Source: a candidate division WWE3 bacterium UBA1379 (GTDB taxonomy: Bacteria; Patescibacteriota; WWE3; UBA101185; UBA10185). From it: a stretch of DNA of 64,000 nucleotides. Each line of letters starts with the position of its first letter. The first letter of the stretch is position 1. The stretch lies in assembly GCA_002305475.1 (NCBI GenBank), contig DBRB01000015.1:72987-136986 (forward strand), given 5' to 3'. A program made the translations under genes and the position numbers. The notes beneath the pieces were generated by a model. It ran no database searches. It was not told the origin of the DNA and was given only the letters and a program-made list of their open reading frames with translations. This document shows positions 9,825 to 20,043 of this stretch, piece after piece.

Positions 9825-10400
9825 TTATTGAATCTTTTCGCAAATTACTAACATTGATTGTTGCCATGCCAAGAGTTTTTGAATGATATTATAGTTTGGT
9901 TTATTGCCGGGATAGTATATTAATTTGGTTATTCTGAATCCTGAAACAGTTAGTATCCGTTCTAATGTAAATTTATCATGCCATAAAGTATGTGTAGGAT
10001 TGGGTTTCAAAAAAACAGTCGGCCATTTTGCATTAGGGGTGGTTAACACAAAGATTCCTTTATCGGATAAATGATTGTGAATATTTCTTAAAAACAATTC
10101 CTGGTTTGCCACATGTTCGATTACATCTCCCGCTATGATGACGTCAAATGTTTGATTAAATTTATATGTTTCCATATTGCCCCAGTGTATTCTTTCATCA
10201 TCGGGTAAGTTTTCTGTTTCCAATTTAAAGGTCCTTGTTGTTGAGTCAACTATGTTTGGAAGATCAATTCCGGTTAAAGACTTGCAATTAGTTTTTGACA
10301 GTTGGTTCCATAGACTATATGCTTCTGTCTGGCCGATGCTTCCGATATCCAGGACATCCTTGTTTTCAACTAGTTTTTCGATAATGTGTTCTCTAATCAT
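9825..10400 (-). CDS. Class I SAM-dependent methyltransferase
   Basis: VLDIGSIGQ (motif I), DVIIAGDVIEHV and the FVLTTPN post-I/II motifs. 191 aa. Confidence 0.65.
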   Translation of the reverse strand: MIREHIIEKLVENKDVLDIGSIGQTEAYSLWNQLSKTNCKSLTGIDLPNIVDSTTRTFKLETENLPDDERIHWGNMETYKFNQTFDVIIAGDVIEHVANQELFLRNIHNHLSDKGIFVLTTPNAKWPTVFLKPNPTHTLWHDKFTLERILTVSGFRITKLIYYPGNKPNYNIIQKLLAWQQSMLVICEKIQ

Positions 10401-12288
10401 ATGGTATTGGATATTTTGTAATCACAATATTATTCACCTTAGTTACATGAGGTTCAATACTTACAGGTAATGTTTTTATATAACTAAGCATTTCATCCTG
10501 AGCACCCGTGACATCTCTATAAGAATAGAAGAAGCTGCTTGGAATATCGGAGCTTATCAGTACAATATTTTTAACTCCATTTTTCTTTAAATCTTCATAA
10601 GTAGGCATAGAGAAATATCTAAGGTGCGTATAAATTTTTTGTGTCCCTAAGGTCTTTCCCATATATTTTTTCGGTATTCTAGGATCAAGTTTCCATGCCC
10701 ATTCTTGTTCCATGTAAGTATCATTAATATAGAAACCTATAAGTTCTTCCAATCCTGCAGTATAGTTCATAAGCACCGGAAATTCTCCTATAGCTTGGGC
10801 AATCTTTTCTGCATTGTAATTTCGTCCGTAAACCATTGTGCTTGCAATTTGTCCTTGAAGACTTAAGCTGAAGTACACAGCAATGCTTGGAAAAAAAGTG
10901 CATATCGATAATAAAAGAATAAAAATTCCTTGAGCATATTTTATCCGGATTAATATCCAAATCGGAGACAGAAACTGGTTTATGATATTGGGAAAAAGAA
11001 TTGCGAATAAACCCATTAAAAGAATGATATTAAGTCCTATTTTTATCATTAAATATCCTTCCTCGAATAAAAGACTCAGAATGACCATAATCGAAGTAAT
11101 AGTCAGAACAGATATTTTAAATCTGAAACTCATTCTCTCTTCATTTGTCAGATATAAATAAAATATGAATACAAAAGGCGCGATAGGAAATAGGTATCTT
11201 CCGTGTCCGCTCATTAACATAAATACCAATAGGTATGTCCAAAAAATCACTGAAAGGAAAGATAATTGGAATTCCTTTTCTTTTAACCAACGTCGGAACA
11301 TAAATATTGATGAAAAAAATGAAGGCACAATGATACCAAGTGGTATAGACGTGTAGCCAAAATTTCTCGGATATAATGTTTTTCCGAAATACAGGAGAAT
11401 AATGTTAACAGATTTTAGTATCAACCCTTTCGGGGAATTATCCTCTCTATCCACATAAAAAGTGGGGATTTTTCTTGAGTTTATTCCCATAAAGTTTCTG
11501 GTTGAAGAGTACGGATTAAAATTTCCCGTCAATGTATCGGCATGAATATCTTCTTCAGTCATTAAGAAAATATGTGCGTGGTAGATATTCAAAGGTATTA
11601 AACCGGTATACATCATTAGAATTAATGCAGCCAATGCCGGTGTGAAATTGAAAAGAAGAGTGGTGGTCATGTCTTTTAAAGTGTTAAGTGGTTTTATTCT
11701 AAGCCAGTTGGATGCTATTAATTTCGTAATAACAAACCAGATAAAATACCCTAATGCAATACTGTAATAAACATGTTCTTTTGCATCGAACATGAACAGG
11801 AATATTAATCCTACAACGATAGGAGTTTTCTTTCTGATAATTGCGTGAATGAGAAGAAGAACTGTAAATAGAACAGGAATTTCTCTTAAATAAGTAAAAT
11901 AGTTAAGAACAAAATGATAGGAAGATACAAGCAATAAAGTACCGAAGAAGGCTAATTTTTCCATTTTTAAATCTTCTTTTAGTATTTTGTAAAACAAAAC
12001 AAGAGATAATATTCCGAATATATAGGTTGAAATTGTAGCTACCGCAACCGAAGGCCCGGTAAAAATATAAAATATGGCAACCGGTACTTTTGACAGCACT
12101 CCGTGCAGGCTGACTCCATAATTTCCCGGCCATATACCTTTTTTAATTAACTCGGAAAGAAGTACCGTTTCCCGAAGATAATATGTTTCGTCACTGATTG
12201 GAGTTCGGAAAAACAGCATTACAAATGAAACTATCACCAATATTCCTATCAGATAACTTAATTCTGAATTATTTTTCAGATAGTGCAT
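10393..12288 (-). CDS. GT-C-fold glycosyltransferase-like polytopic membrane protein (ArnT/PMT-like)
   Basis: 631 aa, multi-TM. The first-loop ISDETYYLRE resembles the DE-x-RY acceptor-loop motif of the ArnT/PMT family. A C-terminal soluble domain is present. Confidence 0.45.
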   Translation of the reverse strand: MHYLKNNSELSYLIGILVIVSFVMLFFRTPISDETYYLRETVLLSELIKKGIWPGNYGVSLHGVLSKVPVAIFYIFTGPSVAVATISTYIFGILSLVLFYKILKEDLKMEKLAFFGTLLLVSSYHFVLNYFTYLREIPVLFTVLLLIHAIIRKKTPIVVGLIFLFMFDAKEHVYYSIALGYFIWFVITKLIASNWLRIKPLNTLKDMTTTLLFNFTPALAALILMMYTGLIPLNIYHAHIFLMTEEDIHADTLTGNFNPYSSTRNFMGINSRKIPTFYVDREDNSPKGLILKSVNIILLYFGKTLYPRNFGYTSIPLGIIVPSFFSSIFMFRRWLKEKEFQLSFLSVIFWTYLLVFMLMSGHGRYLFPIAPFVFIFYLYLTNEERMSFRFKISVLTITSIMVILSLLFEEGYLMIKIGLNIILLMGLFAILFPNIINQFLSPIWILIRIKYAQGIFILLLSICTFFPSIAVYFSLSLQGQIASTMVYGRNYNAEKIAQAIGEFPVLMNYTAGLEELIGFYINDTYMEQEWAWKLDPRIPKKYMGKTLGTQKIYTHLRYFSMPTYEDLKKNGVKNIVLISSDIPSSFFYSYRDVTGAQDEMLSYIKTLPVSIEPHVTKVNNIVITKYPIPYD

Positions 12289-13502
12289 ATTATCCTTTGG
12301 TATTTTTCTGAAACTTTATTTATATCAAATTCTTCTTTTGCATAAATAATACTATCTTGTTTTATCTCCTGTAATTTATTGCTTGCTTTTAAGTCCATAA
12401 GGTATGTGATTTTGTCTGCCAGTTCATCTACATTTCCTTTTGAAAACGTAAATATACACTTATCTGTCTGGTCCGTATCATTAAATTGGGGCAGATCAGA
12501 AACCAGAACTGGGCATCCGCAGCTTAAAGCTTCCATCATCACAACTGGCCAGCCTTCACTGTAGGAAGGAAGTACCAGAAAATCAGAGACCGCCAGATAC
12601 TTGGGAAGATTATTATTTGGGACTAACCCCAAAAATCTCACATTATTAGTTATACAAAGATTTTCACATTTTTTTTGTGCAGTTTCTCTGAGTTGACCTT
12701 CGCCGGCAACAAAAAGGATGGTATCAGGATATTTTTCCAATACTTTTGGCATGCTATTAATAAGATCAAGGATACCTTTAGCCTGAATAATTGAGCCTAC
12801 AAAAATAATGATATTGCTATTCAGACTAAGATCCAGGGATTCTTTTAGATCTTCAATATTGTTTACCGGTTTAAAAACACTTCTGTCTACACCCATTGGA
12901 CATACCTCCACTAGTGCTTTATCGTGGAGTTTTAATATTTTCTTTTTAAGATAAGAATTTACAGTTGATACATAATTGCAATTTTTAAGAATTAATCTGT
13001 CCAGATACTCGAAAAAAGCCAGAGTTAATCTGTTTAAATCACTGCCGTGTATGGTAAGAATGACATTAACATTGGGATTAAAAATTTTTTTAAAAATGAT
13101 CGTACTTAATCCGGAAGGATAAAGCCAGTGTGGATTAATTACATCTATATGGTTTTCTTTAGTAAGTTTCTTTATGGCAAATATTTGAGAGATGAAAACT
13201 AAGGGGAGTATGGCAAATAAATAAGGTTTTTTTTGCAGGTTAGGAAGAATTCCGTCCCCATAGAATAAACCAAAATCCCCAAAAGGTGTAATGGGATTTC
13301 TATATACTTCTATTCCATCCCAATTTTCAATCTTTGCTAATCCCTTACTGTGAGGAGTAAGAACTAATACCCTATTATATTTAATCAACCCTTCAGCTAG
13401 TTTCATCACAAATCCGCCCATCATCTCATCTTTTTTATTAGATGCAGGAAAAGATGAAGTAATAATTAATACAGTTTTTCTATTTGATTTGGTATATGAC
13501 AT
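12276..13502 (-). CDS. GT4-family glycosyltransferase
   Basis: FVGSIIQAKG...SYSEGWPVVMMEALSCGCPVLVSD (E-x7-E motif region). Confidence 0.75.
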   Translation of the reverse strand: MSYTKSNRKTVLIITSSFPASNKKDEMMGGFVMKLAEGLIKYNRVLVLTPHSKGLAKIENWDGIEVYRNPITPFGDFGLFYGDGILPNLQKKPYLFAILPLVFISQIFAIKKLTKENHIDVINPHWLYPSGLSTIIFKKIFNPNVNVILTIHGSDLNRLTLAFFEYLDRLILKNCNYVSTVNSYLKKKILKLHDKALVEVCPMGVDRSVFKPVNNIEDLKESLDLSLNSNIIIFVGSIIQAKGILDLINSMPKVLEKYPDTILFVAGEGQLRETAQKKCENLCITNNVRFLGLVPNNNLPKYLAVSDFLVLPSYSEGWPVVMMEALSCGCPVLVSDLPQFNDTDQTDKCIFTFSKGNVDELADKITYLMDLKASNKLQEIKQDSIIYAKEEFDINKVSEKYQRIICTI

Positions 13503-14637
13503 AATCTCCCGCCGTATAAATTATATCTGTTCTTCTGCGGAGAAACTCAACCATTTTATTATTATAAGCATCATATTTTGTATTATGAAGAATATATTTT
13601 ATATTTATTCCCGGTGTTGGTGTTTTATCTATAGTATCGGAGTCAGGATTCATGACCACAATTTTGTTATTTTCCCAATAACATGTAACAGCACCCATCC
13701 AGTTGCCGAACCAACAGTATAATCCAGGTTTATCCGTATAGTAGTAAAACTCGGATAAGTTATTTACCACGAACCATTCATGAGAATTTGATGGCATATT
13801 ATTAATAAAGTCAAATATTGTCTTAGTCGGGTGATCCTTTAACTGTGATTCCTTGTCTTTATTTTCAGTGCTAATATTACCGGTTAAATAATTGTTATTT
13901 TCCTTATTAAGTACAATGAATGCTTTAAAAGAGTTTATCAGTACAAGAATTAAAATACTGACAAGGATTATAGATTTATATTTACGGATAAATACATTAG
14001 AAGTAATTTCATTTATAAGGTAAAAAATCAAGGCAAGAGTAATTGGTTGATTAGTCATTTGGTAGCGATAGTTATAGGGGTCTTTGAAAATCAGTATAAC
14101 TGAAACAATATAATATAGGAAAAACGCGATTTCCCATCTTTTACGTTTCCTGATTGTAACAATCCCATACAAGAGGAGAGGAATGGCTAACCAGTTCAGG
14201 TTACCTAAAAGTTTAAATCGGAAAAACTGACCCAAATTACCATTGAAAAACATTTTTCCATCTGTCTCTACATCTCTGTCTGTGCTGCTTAGGTCTGAGT
14301 AATACCCAAGTGATATTAAATTATCTTTAATCAGGATTTTTTGTTCCTCACTAACATTCGGATCGATATAAAGGTATTCCGGGTGCATAGGGTCCGGGTG
14401 GTAGTATTTTTTCAAAAGAGATATTTGCTGTTTAAATGCAGCATTATTTGGTGATTCTTCTGTTAAAGCGGAAACAGCAATATATTCTGGCAAGCTTAGT
14501 TCAGAGACATCTGTATTATTAATTATTGAATACACGTTAAATACAACAAGGTATGCTAAAAAAATGCATCCGATGATTGATATTCCGGTAATTACTTTAA
14601 ACTTTCCTGTATTAATTTCCATTGCAGTTTGAGCCAT
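13480..14637 (-). CDS. Membrane protein of unknown function
   Basis: 385 aa, with an N-terminal TM, a central soluble region and additional C-terminal TM helices. Gene overlaps couple it into an operon. Confidence 0.35.
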   Translation of the reverse strand: MAQTAMEINTGKFKVITGISIIGCIFLAYLVVFNVYSIINNTDVSELSLPEYIAVSALTEESPNNAAFKQQISLLKKYYHPDPMHPEYLYIDPNVSEEQKILIKDNLISLGYYSDLSSTDRDVETDGKMFFNGNLGQFFRFKLLGNLNWLAIPLLLYGIVTIRKRKRWEIAFFLYYIVSVILIFKDPYNYRYQMTNQPITLALIFYLINEITSNVFIRKYKSIILVSILILVLINSFKAFIVLNKENNNYLTGNISTENKDKESQLKDHPTKTIFDFINNMPSNSHEWFVVNNLSEFYYYTDKPGLYCWFGNWMGAVTCYWENNKIVVMNPDSDTIDKTPTPGINIKYILHNTKYDAYNNKMVEFLRRRTDIIYTAGDYVIYQIK

Positions 14638-15722
14638 GTGACCCAGACATCTCCAAAGAGGATATCAAATAAATAATGAACTGCTCCAAACACTAATATC
14701 AATATTCCGATGATTAAAAGATTAATGATTTTGTTTTTAATACTTTCTCTAGAAAACAACCCATAAAGAATAAATAATATTCCGGCTAAGGCAAAACCCA
14801 AAGAATGGGCATTTGCCATAAATCCCCCCGATATTCCGAAAAGTAGTACCAATAGTCTATTTGGTTTCTCAATTACCTGTAGAAGAAGACTTAGTGTTAT
14901 AACTAGGAAGGCTATCCTGTAAGTATCTAAGTGATAGTATAGTAATGAGGCACCGAAGGCTGGTGTGAGAACCAGAGCTGTAGCTGCAATAAAAGCAATT
15001 ACTTTATCTTTTTTCATTAACCAGTACAGCAGTTCCAGCACAATAATGATCCAGTACCACCCTGTTACACTGCGAAAGTAGTAATCTCCCTGACTACTGG
15101 TGATATCATTCCAGAATCTTTCCCAGGTCCCAAAAATTGGAAAGTTCATCCCGTGAAGACCAACAAAGTAGAATCCGGTCGTTGGATCAAACCTTTGATT
15201 TGAATAGTTAATCTGTTTTCGTTCAGATAATACCTTACCCCATGTCCCATATTCAAAGGTATCGTGTCTTATAATCGGAATTTTAACTACGATAATTTGC
15301 CAGGCAAGGAAAAATATTGTTAAAGCAGAAGCGATAAAGAGAAAAATTTTTGGTTCGGTCTTTTTCTTTTCCTGAAGGAAAGTTAGGGTACTATCCCTTA
15401 GTTTATGCAAATTTTTTCTTCCGATTATCAAAAGATAAGTAAACACAGCAAACACAACGGAAACATAAAAAAGAGATGATTGTTTAGGTATTAAGATAAG
15501 AAGGTAGTAAATAAGCAGACTACAGATAGAAGGAGCTATTGCTGCTGAGATTAGATAAAGTTGGGGTAAACTTAAGACTTTTTTCTTATCTAATGTATAT
15601 ATAAACAAAGCCACAATTCCCGTAAAAAGAACATTAATGATATACAGCAGTATTAGATATGATAGGAAGTTATAAAACATATATTTACTTTGGATTATAG
15701 AGCTTGGGTTGACTGTTAACAA
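14592..15722 (-). CDS. Polytopic membrane protein of unknown function (possible polymerase or GT-C-like)
   Basis: 376 aa with about 10 TM helices. An alternative start at 15680 removes the overlap with the upstream gene. Confidence 0.35.
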   Translation of the reverse strand: MLTVNPSSIIQSKYMFYNFLSYLILLYIINVLFTGIVALFIYTLDKKKVLSLPQLYLISAAIAPSICSLLIYYLLILIPKQSSLFYVSVVFAVFTYLLIIGRKNLHKLRDSTLTFLQEKKKTEPKIFLFIASALTIFFLAWQIIVVKIPIIRHDTFEYGTWGKVLSERKQINYSNQRFDPTTGFYFVGLHGMNFPIFGTWERFWNDITSSQGDYYFRSVTGWYWIIIVLELLYWLMKKDKVIAFIAATALVLTPAFGASLLYYHLDTYRIAFLVITLSLLLQVIEKPNRLLVLLFGISGGFMANAHSLGFALAGILFILYGLFSRESIKNKIINLLIIGILILVFGAVHYLFDILFGDVWVTWLKLQWKLIQESLK

Positions 15723-17685
15723 TTTTAATTACTTCGCTTATGTGTAATCCTACAGTATCACAGTACCATTTAATAGATTCCAAACGAGGTCTGCTTTCTT
15801 CTAACAGTAAATCGTAAGCTTTTGCTCTTGAAATCTGACCGTTTCTTATCTGATTGCTTCTAAAAGTATCAATTTCTGTAAACCCGCCCATTGTATAGTA
15901 AATATAGTTATAAAAGGAAGCGGTTCCGTCTCCGATTCTCCAGGTAGATTTTGTATCAGGTGAGGTTTCCCAATCATATTGTTCAATTAGTGTTTTATTT
16001 ATTTCTTCTTCGTCCCATTGGATGTAATCAAAAAACGAGTAGTAGTTGATTCTTGGTTCAATGTAGTAAGAAAAGTAGGCACCTATGGTATCTAGTAATG
16101 ATGTGTTTAAATATGCAGGGTTTATTAGGTATTGTTTTGAATAAAAATTTGCTAATTTAATTTTTTGTGAAAGGGTTAAATGATCAATTCTTTTCTTATT
16201 AAAATTCGGAGATATTCCGCAATAGCCTATCTTGAAATTGGTTTCTTCAAGTCTATTGCTCATCCACACATCCATTTTAATTCCCGTTCTTCTCTTTACT
16301 ACATTCACATAATAGAAAAACTGTTTATCTCCCGCCATAAATAATGGAACCGTACCCAGACTGGGTTTTTTCAACCAGGCAGTCACATTTTTTCTAATAT
16401 TTTCCCTCTTTCTTTGAATATCCGCAGAGATTAGGATATTTTCTATCCCCAGACTTCCGCACATTCTGGCAATATTACGTCTTGCAAGATCAGTAACCAT
16501 TCCCCAGTCATAAGTATACGTTACCGGGTTTAAACCAAGCTCTTTTTTTAAATAATGCAATCCATAACTTGAATCTCTTCCCCCACTAAAAGGAACAATG
16601 CAATCAGCTTGTCGGCTTGTACTTCTAAATTGTTCGGCAATTTCCATAAACTTATCTTTTCCTAATGGGGTAGGAACATTATATGATTCACAATAGTTGC
16701 ATACTCCCTCTTCATTAAAGGAAATAAATGGCATAGTTTCTGGGAGTAGACATTTAGAACACCTTCTTAGCTTTGCGATTGCTTCCTTATTTTTTTGATA
16801 TTCTTCTTCTTCAATTTTTTGAACGTCTGAAAAATCTTTATCATTTTGGGATCTGGTTGTCGGCAGTACTACATTTACCTTTAAACTTTCAACTTGTATC
16901 TGTCTTTCTTTTGTTTTGTTTTCAAATAAATCCTGAGTAGTTTCATTAAATGTAAAACATACTTCTCCATCTGTATCAATATTTACCAGTCTGCATGAAT
17001 AGGGGGATGTTTGTATAATTGGATCATCTTCTTTAAATAGTTTTGGAAATTTAATTTTTACTTGTTCCAGAAAATATTTTTCGGATGCGAATATTCTGAT
17101 ATCGTTGTTCGGGTTTATAAGTTCATATAAAGATCCATTGTTAGTAAGAAAGGCAATATGGTTTAAATCGGAAAAGAGGGAAATGATTGTATATGCACCT
17201 TTAAGTAATTTTACCGTTTCAAGTATTGCGTCTTTCAAGTTATGTTTTGTGCTAATAAAATTCCTTAATAAGGAATTGAATACCTCAGTATCAACCTGAT
17301 ACTCTCGTTTTAAATTAGGAAATTCCTCCCATAGTTTTGCATCATTAACAATTATCCCGTTATGAACCGAAGCAATTCCTTCTTTCACAACCGGTTGATT
17401 ATTGTAATCCACTGCAAAGGTTCCGTTTGTTTCCATTCTTGAGTGTCCGACTACAGCAAGTATTTTCTGGTCATGAGTAAACAAGTCATTATATTTTTTT
17501 GTCCGAATAAAATTGGAAGCTCGGATTGGACTTTTTATAATTTTTATATCTTTATCTGTGACTACAGCTATACCGGATGCATCCTTGCCCCTTGACTCTG
17601 AAAGCTTGATAATAATGTTTGAGATACTTTGTAGATCTTGGTTGTTTAACCTATTATTATGGATAATTCCGAACACACCGCACAT
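15685..17685 (-). CDS. Fusion protein: N-terminal class-II (Ntn) glutamine amidotransferase domain plus C-terminal WbpG/PseA-like N-acetyl-sugar amidotransferase (PP-loop) domain
   Basis: It starts MCGVFGI (Cys2 nucleophile of GATase-II). In the middle is CSKCLLPETMPFISFNEEGVCNYC, which matches the CxxC...GVCnxC zinc-ribbon signature of WbuX/WbpG-family amidotransferases. This is followed by the PP-loop FSGGRDSS. 666 aa. Confidence 0.6.
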   Translation of the reverse strand: MCGVFGIIHNNRLNNQDLQSISNIIIKLSESRGKDASGIAVVTDKDIKIIKSPIRASNFIRTKKYNDLFTHDQKILAVVGHSRMETNGTFAVDYNNQPVVKEGIASVHNGIIVNDAKLWEEFPNLKREYQVDTEVFNSLLRNFISTKHNLKDAILETVKLLKGAYTIISLFSDLNHIAFLTNNGSLYELINPNNDIRIFASEKYFLEQVKIKFPKLFKEDDPIIQTSPYSCRLVNIDTDGEVCFTFNETTQDLFENKTKERQIQVESLKVNVVLPTTRSQNDKDFSDVQKIEEEEYQKNKEAIAKLRRCSKCLLPETMPFISFNEEGVCNYCESYNVPTPLGKDKFMEIAEQFRSTSRQADCIVPFSGGRDSSYGLHYLKKELGLNPVTYTYDWGMVTDLARRNIARMCGSLGIENILISADIQRKRENIRKNVTAWLKKPSLGTVPLFMAGDKQFFYYVNVVKRRTGIKMDVWMSNRLEETNFKIGYCGISPNFNKKRIDHLTLSQKIKLANFYSKQYLINPAYLNTSLLDTIGAYFSYYIEPRINYYSFFDYIQWDEEEINKTLIEQYDWETSPDTKSTWRIGDGTASFYNYIYYTMGGFTEIDTFRSNQIRNGQISRAKAYDLLLEESRPRLESIKWYCDTVGLHISEVIKIVNSQPKLYNPK

Positions 17686-17808
17686 AGTAAATGATTCTCA
17701 TAGATTATCATAAATTTAAATATATAGATATTTTTTAAAGTCTTGAACTAATTTAAGTTGCTTGTAATTCTCTTTACCCTATAATAGATTATATGATACT
17801 TTTAATAT

Positions 17809-18828
17809 ATGTCGCTTAACTTTGCATTAATCGGAGCAGGTGGATACATAGCTCCAAGACATCTTAAAGCAATTAAAGAAACGGGAAATAATTTGGTAGC
17901 TGCTGTTGATAAAAATGATTCAGTCGGTATTCTGGACAGCCATTTCCCTGAAGTTGAATTTTTTACTGATTTTGAAGCATTTGAAAAATTCGCTTGTAAA
18001 CTTAAGAGAAGCAATCCGGAAAAAGCAATTAATTATGTCAGTATTTGTACCCCCAACTATTTACATGAGGATCATATAATCTCTGCCTTAAGGCTTGGAG
18101 CTAATGTGATTTGTGAAAAACCCTTAGTATTAAACACAGAAAGCTTGGATAACCTTCAGGCAACAGAAATGGAACTGGGTATGGGTAAGGTAAATACTGT
18201 ATTGCAGCTTAGACTTCACCCCGTTCTCCAGCAGCTGAAAGATAGGATTAATAATGAAACCAGGGACCATCCTTATGATATAGATCTTACTTATATAACT
18301 CCGCGTGGAAAGTGGTATTACATCTCCTGGAAAGGGGATTCAAAAAAATCCGGCGGGGTGATGATGAATATTGGTATTCACTTTTTTGATATGCTTACAT
18401 GGATTTTCGGAGGTGTGAAAAGCCAGGCAACTTATTGTTTGAATGATACAAAAGCTTCAGGACACCTTGAACTGGAAAAAGCCAGAGTGCGCTGGTACCT
18501 GTCACTGGACAGAAATGATCTTCCAGAAACGTACAGGCAGAATAATAAAGCATACAGATCCATTACTATTGATGGAGAAGAATTATCTTTTACCGACGGA
18601 TTTACCGATTTACATACTGAGATATACAAAAAAGCCATCGCCGGTGATGGCTTTGGTATGGAATATGCCAGGCCATCCATAGAACTGGTGGAAATGATCA
18701 GAAACTCTTCTATTGCACCAATAAATTCAAAACTTGCTCATCCTATAATTCTAGGAAATCACTTTTCTTCACAGAAACAGGAAATTCCTGCCGCTGTCCC
18801 TATAGACGCTAAAGTTGAAGAAAAATAA
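17809..18828 (+). CDS. Gfo/Idh/MocA-family NAD-dependent sugar-nucleotide oxidoreductase (WbpB/GnnA-like 3-dehydrogenase)
   Basis: N-terminal Rossmann fold (ALIGAGGYIAPRHLKAI) and the EKPL motif in VICEKPLVL. It is followed 2 nt downstream by a DegT aminotransferase. Confidence 0.8.
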   Translation: MSLNFALIGAGGYIAPRHLKAIKETGNNLVAAVDKNDSVGILDSHFPEVEFFTDFEAFEKFACKLKRSNPEKAINYVSICTPNYLHEDHIISALRLGANVICEKPLVLNTESLDNLQATEMELGMGKVNTVLQLRLHPVLQQLKDRINNETRDHPYDIDLTYITPRGKWYYISWKGDSKKSGGVMMNIGIHFFDMLTWIFGGVKSQATYCLNDTKASGHLELEKARVRWYLSLDRNDLPETYRQNNKAYRSITIDGEELSFTDGFTDLHTEIYKKAIAGDGFGMEYARPSIELVEMIRNSSIAPINSKLAHPIILGNHFSSQKQEIPAAVPIDAKVEEK

Positions 18829-18830
18829 TC

Positions 18831-19925
18831 ATGCAAATACCCTTTGTGGATCTCAAAACACAATACAAAAATATTAAAAAAGATATTGATCAATCTTTAT
18901 TTGAAATCATTGAAAATGGCACGTTTATTTTAGGAAAACCGGTTGAAGAATTTGAAAAAAACATTTCTTCTTATTTAGATGCTTATTCTTTAGGGTGTGC
19001 ATCCGGCAGTGATGCTCTACTTTTGGCGTTGATGGCATCCGATATAAAAGAAGGGGATGAAGTAATAACCACTCCTTTTACTTTCTTTGCTACTGCCGGT
19101 GCTGTTGCACGGTTGGGAGCTGTACCTGTTTTTGTGGATATTGATGAAAAGACTTTTAATATTGATCCGGTAAAAGTTGAGCAAGCAGTAAGTGATAAGA
19201 CCAGAGCTATTATTCCTGTACATATTTTTGGTCAATCTGTGGATATGGATCCTGTATTAGAAATATGCGAAAGACGTAATCTGACTTTAATTGAGGATGC
19301 ATGTCAGGCGATAGGTGCAGAATATAAGGATAAAAAGGCAGGAACAATGGGTAGATTCGGATGTTTTTCTTTTTTCCCGACTAAAAACTTAGGCGGATTC
19401 GGCGATGGGGGGTTGATAACGTGCAAAAATGAAGAAGATTACAAATTACTTAAAAAATTACGTGTTCATGGTTCTGAAAAAAAGTATTTCCACGATGTAA
19501 TCGGAATAAACTCAAGACTGGATGCTATTCAGGCAGGTGTATTAAACATTAAACTGAAATATCTAGATGAGTGGAATACCAGGAGGGTTGAAATTGCTCA
19601 GAAATATTCTGAATCACTAAAAGATCTGGTTCAGACTCCTTATGTAATTAAAGACGCTGAACACATTTATCATCAGTATGCCATTTTAACTAAAGATAGA
19701 GACACCCTTTTAGCACATCTAAATCAAAATGGTATTTCCAGCGGAGTATATTATCCGCTTCCCTTACACCTTCAGAAATGTTTTGAATATCTAGGTTATA
19801 AGGAGGGGTATTTACCTGTTAGTGAAAAGGTATCTAAAGAAATTCTCAGCCTTCCGATATATCCGGAAATGACGGAGGCCCAGGTTGAATACATAATAAA
19901 CACGGTTCGCTCATTTTTCTCATAG
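18831..19925 (+). CDS. DegT/DnrJ/EryC1/StrS-family PLP-dependent sugar aminotransferase (WbpE/GnnB-like)
   Basis: DEVITTPFTFFAT, the PLP lysine context FSFFPTKNLGGFGDGG, and the IPVHIFGQ motif. 364 aa. Confidence 0.85.
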   Translation: MQIPFVDLKTQYKNIKKDIDQSLFEIIENGTFILGKPVEEFEKNISSYLDAYSLGCASGSDALLLALMASDIKEGDEVITTPFTFFATAGAVARLGAVPVFVDIDEKTFNIDPVKVEQAVSDKTRAIIPVHIFGQSVDMDPVLEICERRNLTLIEDACQAIGAEYKDKKAGTMGRFGCFSFFPTKNLGGFGDGGLITCKNEEDYKLLKKLRVHGSEKKYFHDVIGINSRLDAIQAGVLNIKLKYLDEWNTRRVEIAQKYSESLKDLVQTPYVIKDAEHIYHQYAILTKDRDTLLAHLNQNGISSGVYYPLPLHLQKCFEYLGYKEGYLPVSEKVSKEILSLPIYPEMTEAQVEYIINTVRSFFS

Positions 19926-20043
19926 TTACAAAAACACACAAATCCAAATATATATTTGACACATTGAATGTTTTCTATAGAATCAGGATAATAGGAATAC
20001 GCTCCTATTGTTTGAATATATATCGTGTATTTAATAAAAAAAT

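Noticed and set aside
15685-17685. Possibility that ORF 15685-17685 is an ordinary asparagine synthetase B
   Set aside because: AsnB also has GATase-II plus a PP-loop. However, the CxxC...GVCNYC zinc-ribbon immediately preceding the PP-loop, and the genomic context of a sugar aminotransferase next door, fit the sugar amidotransferase family better. Kept as the main call with the AsnB alternative flagged.
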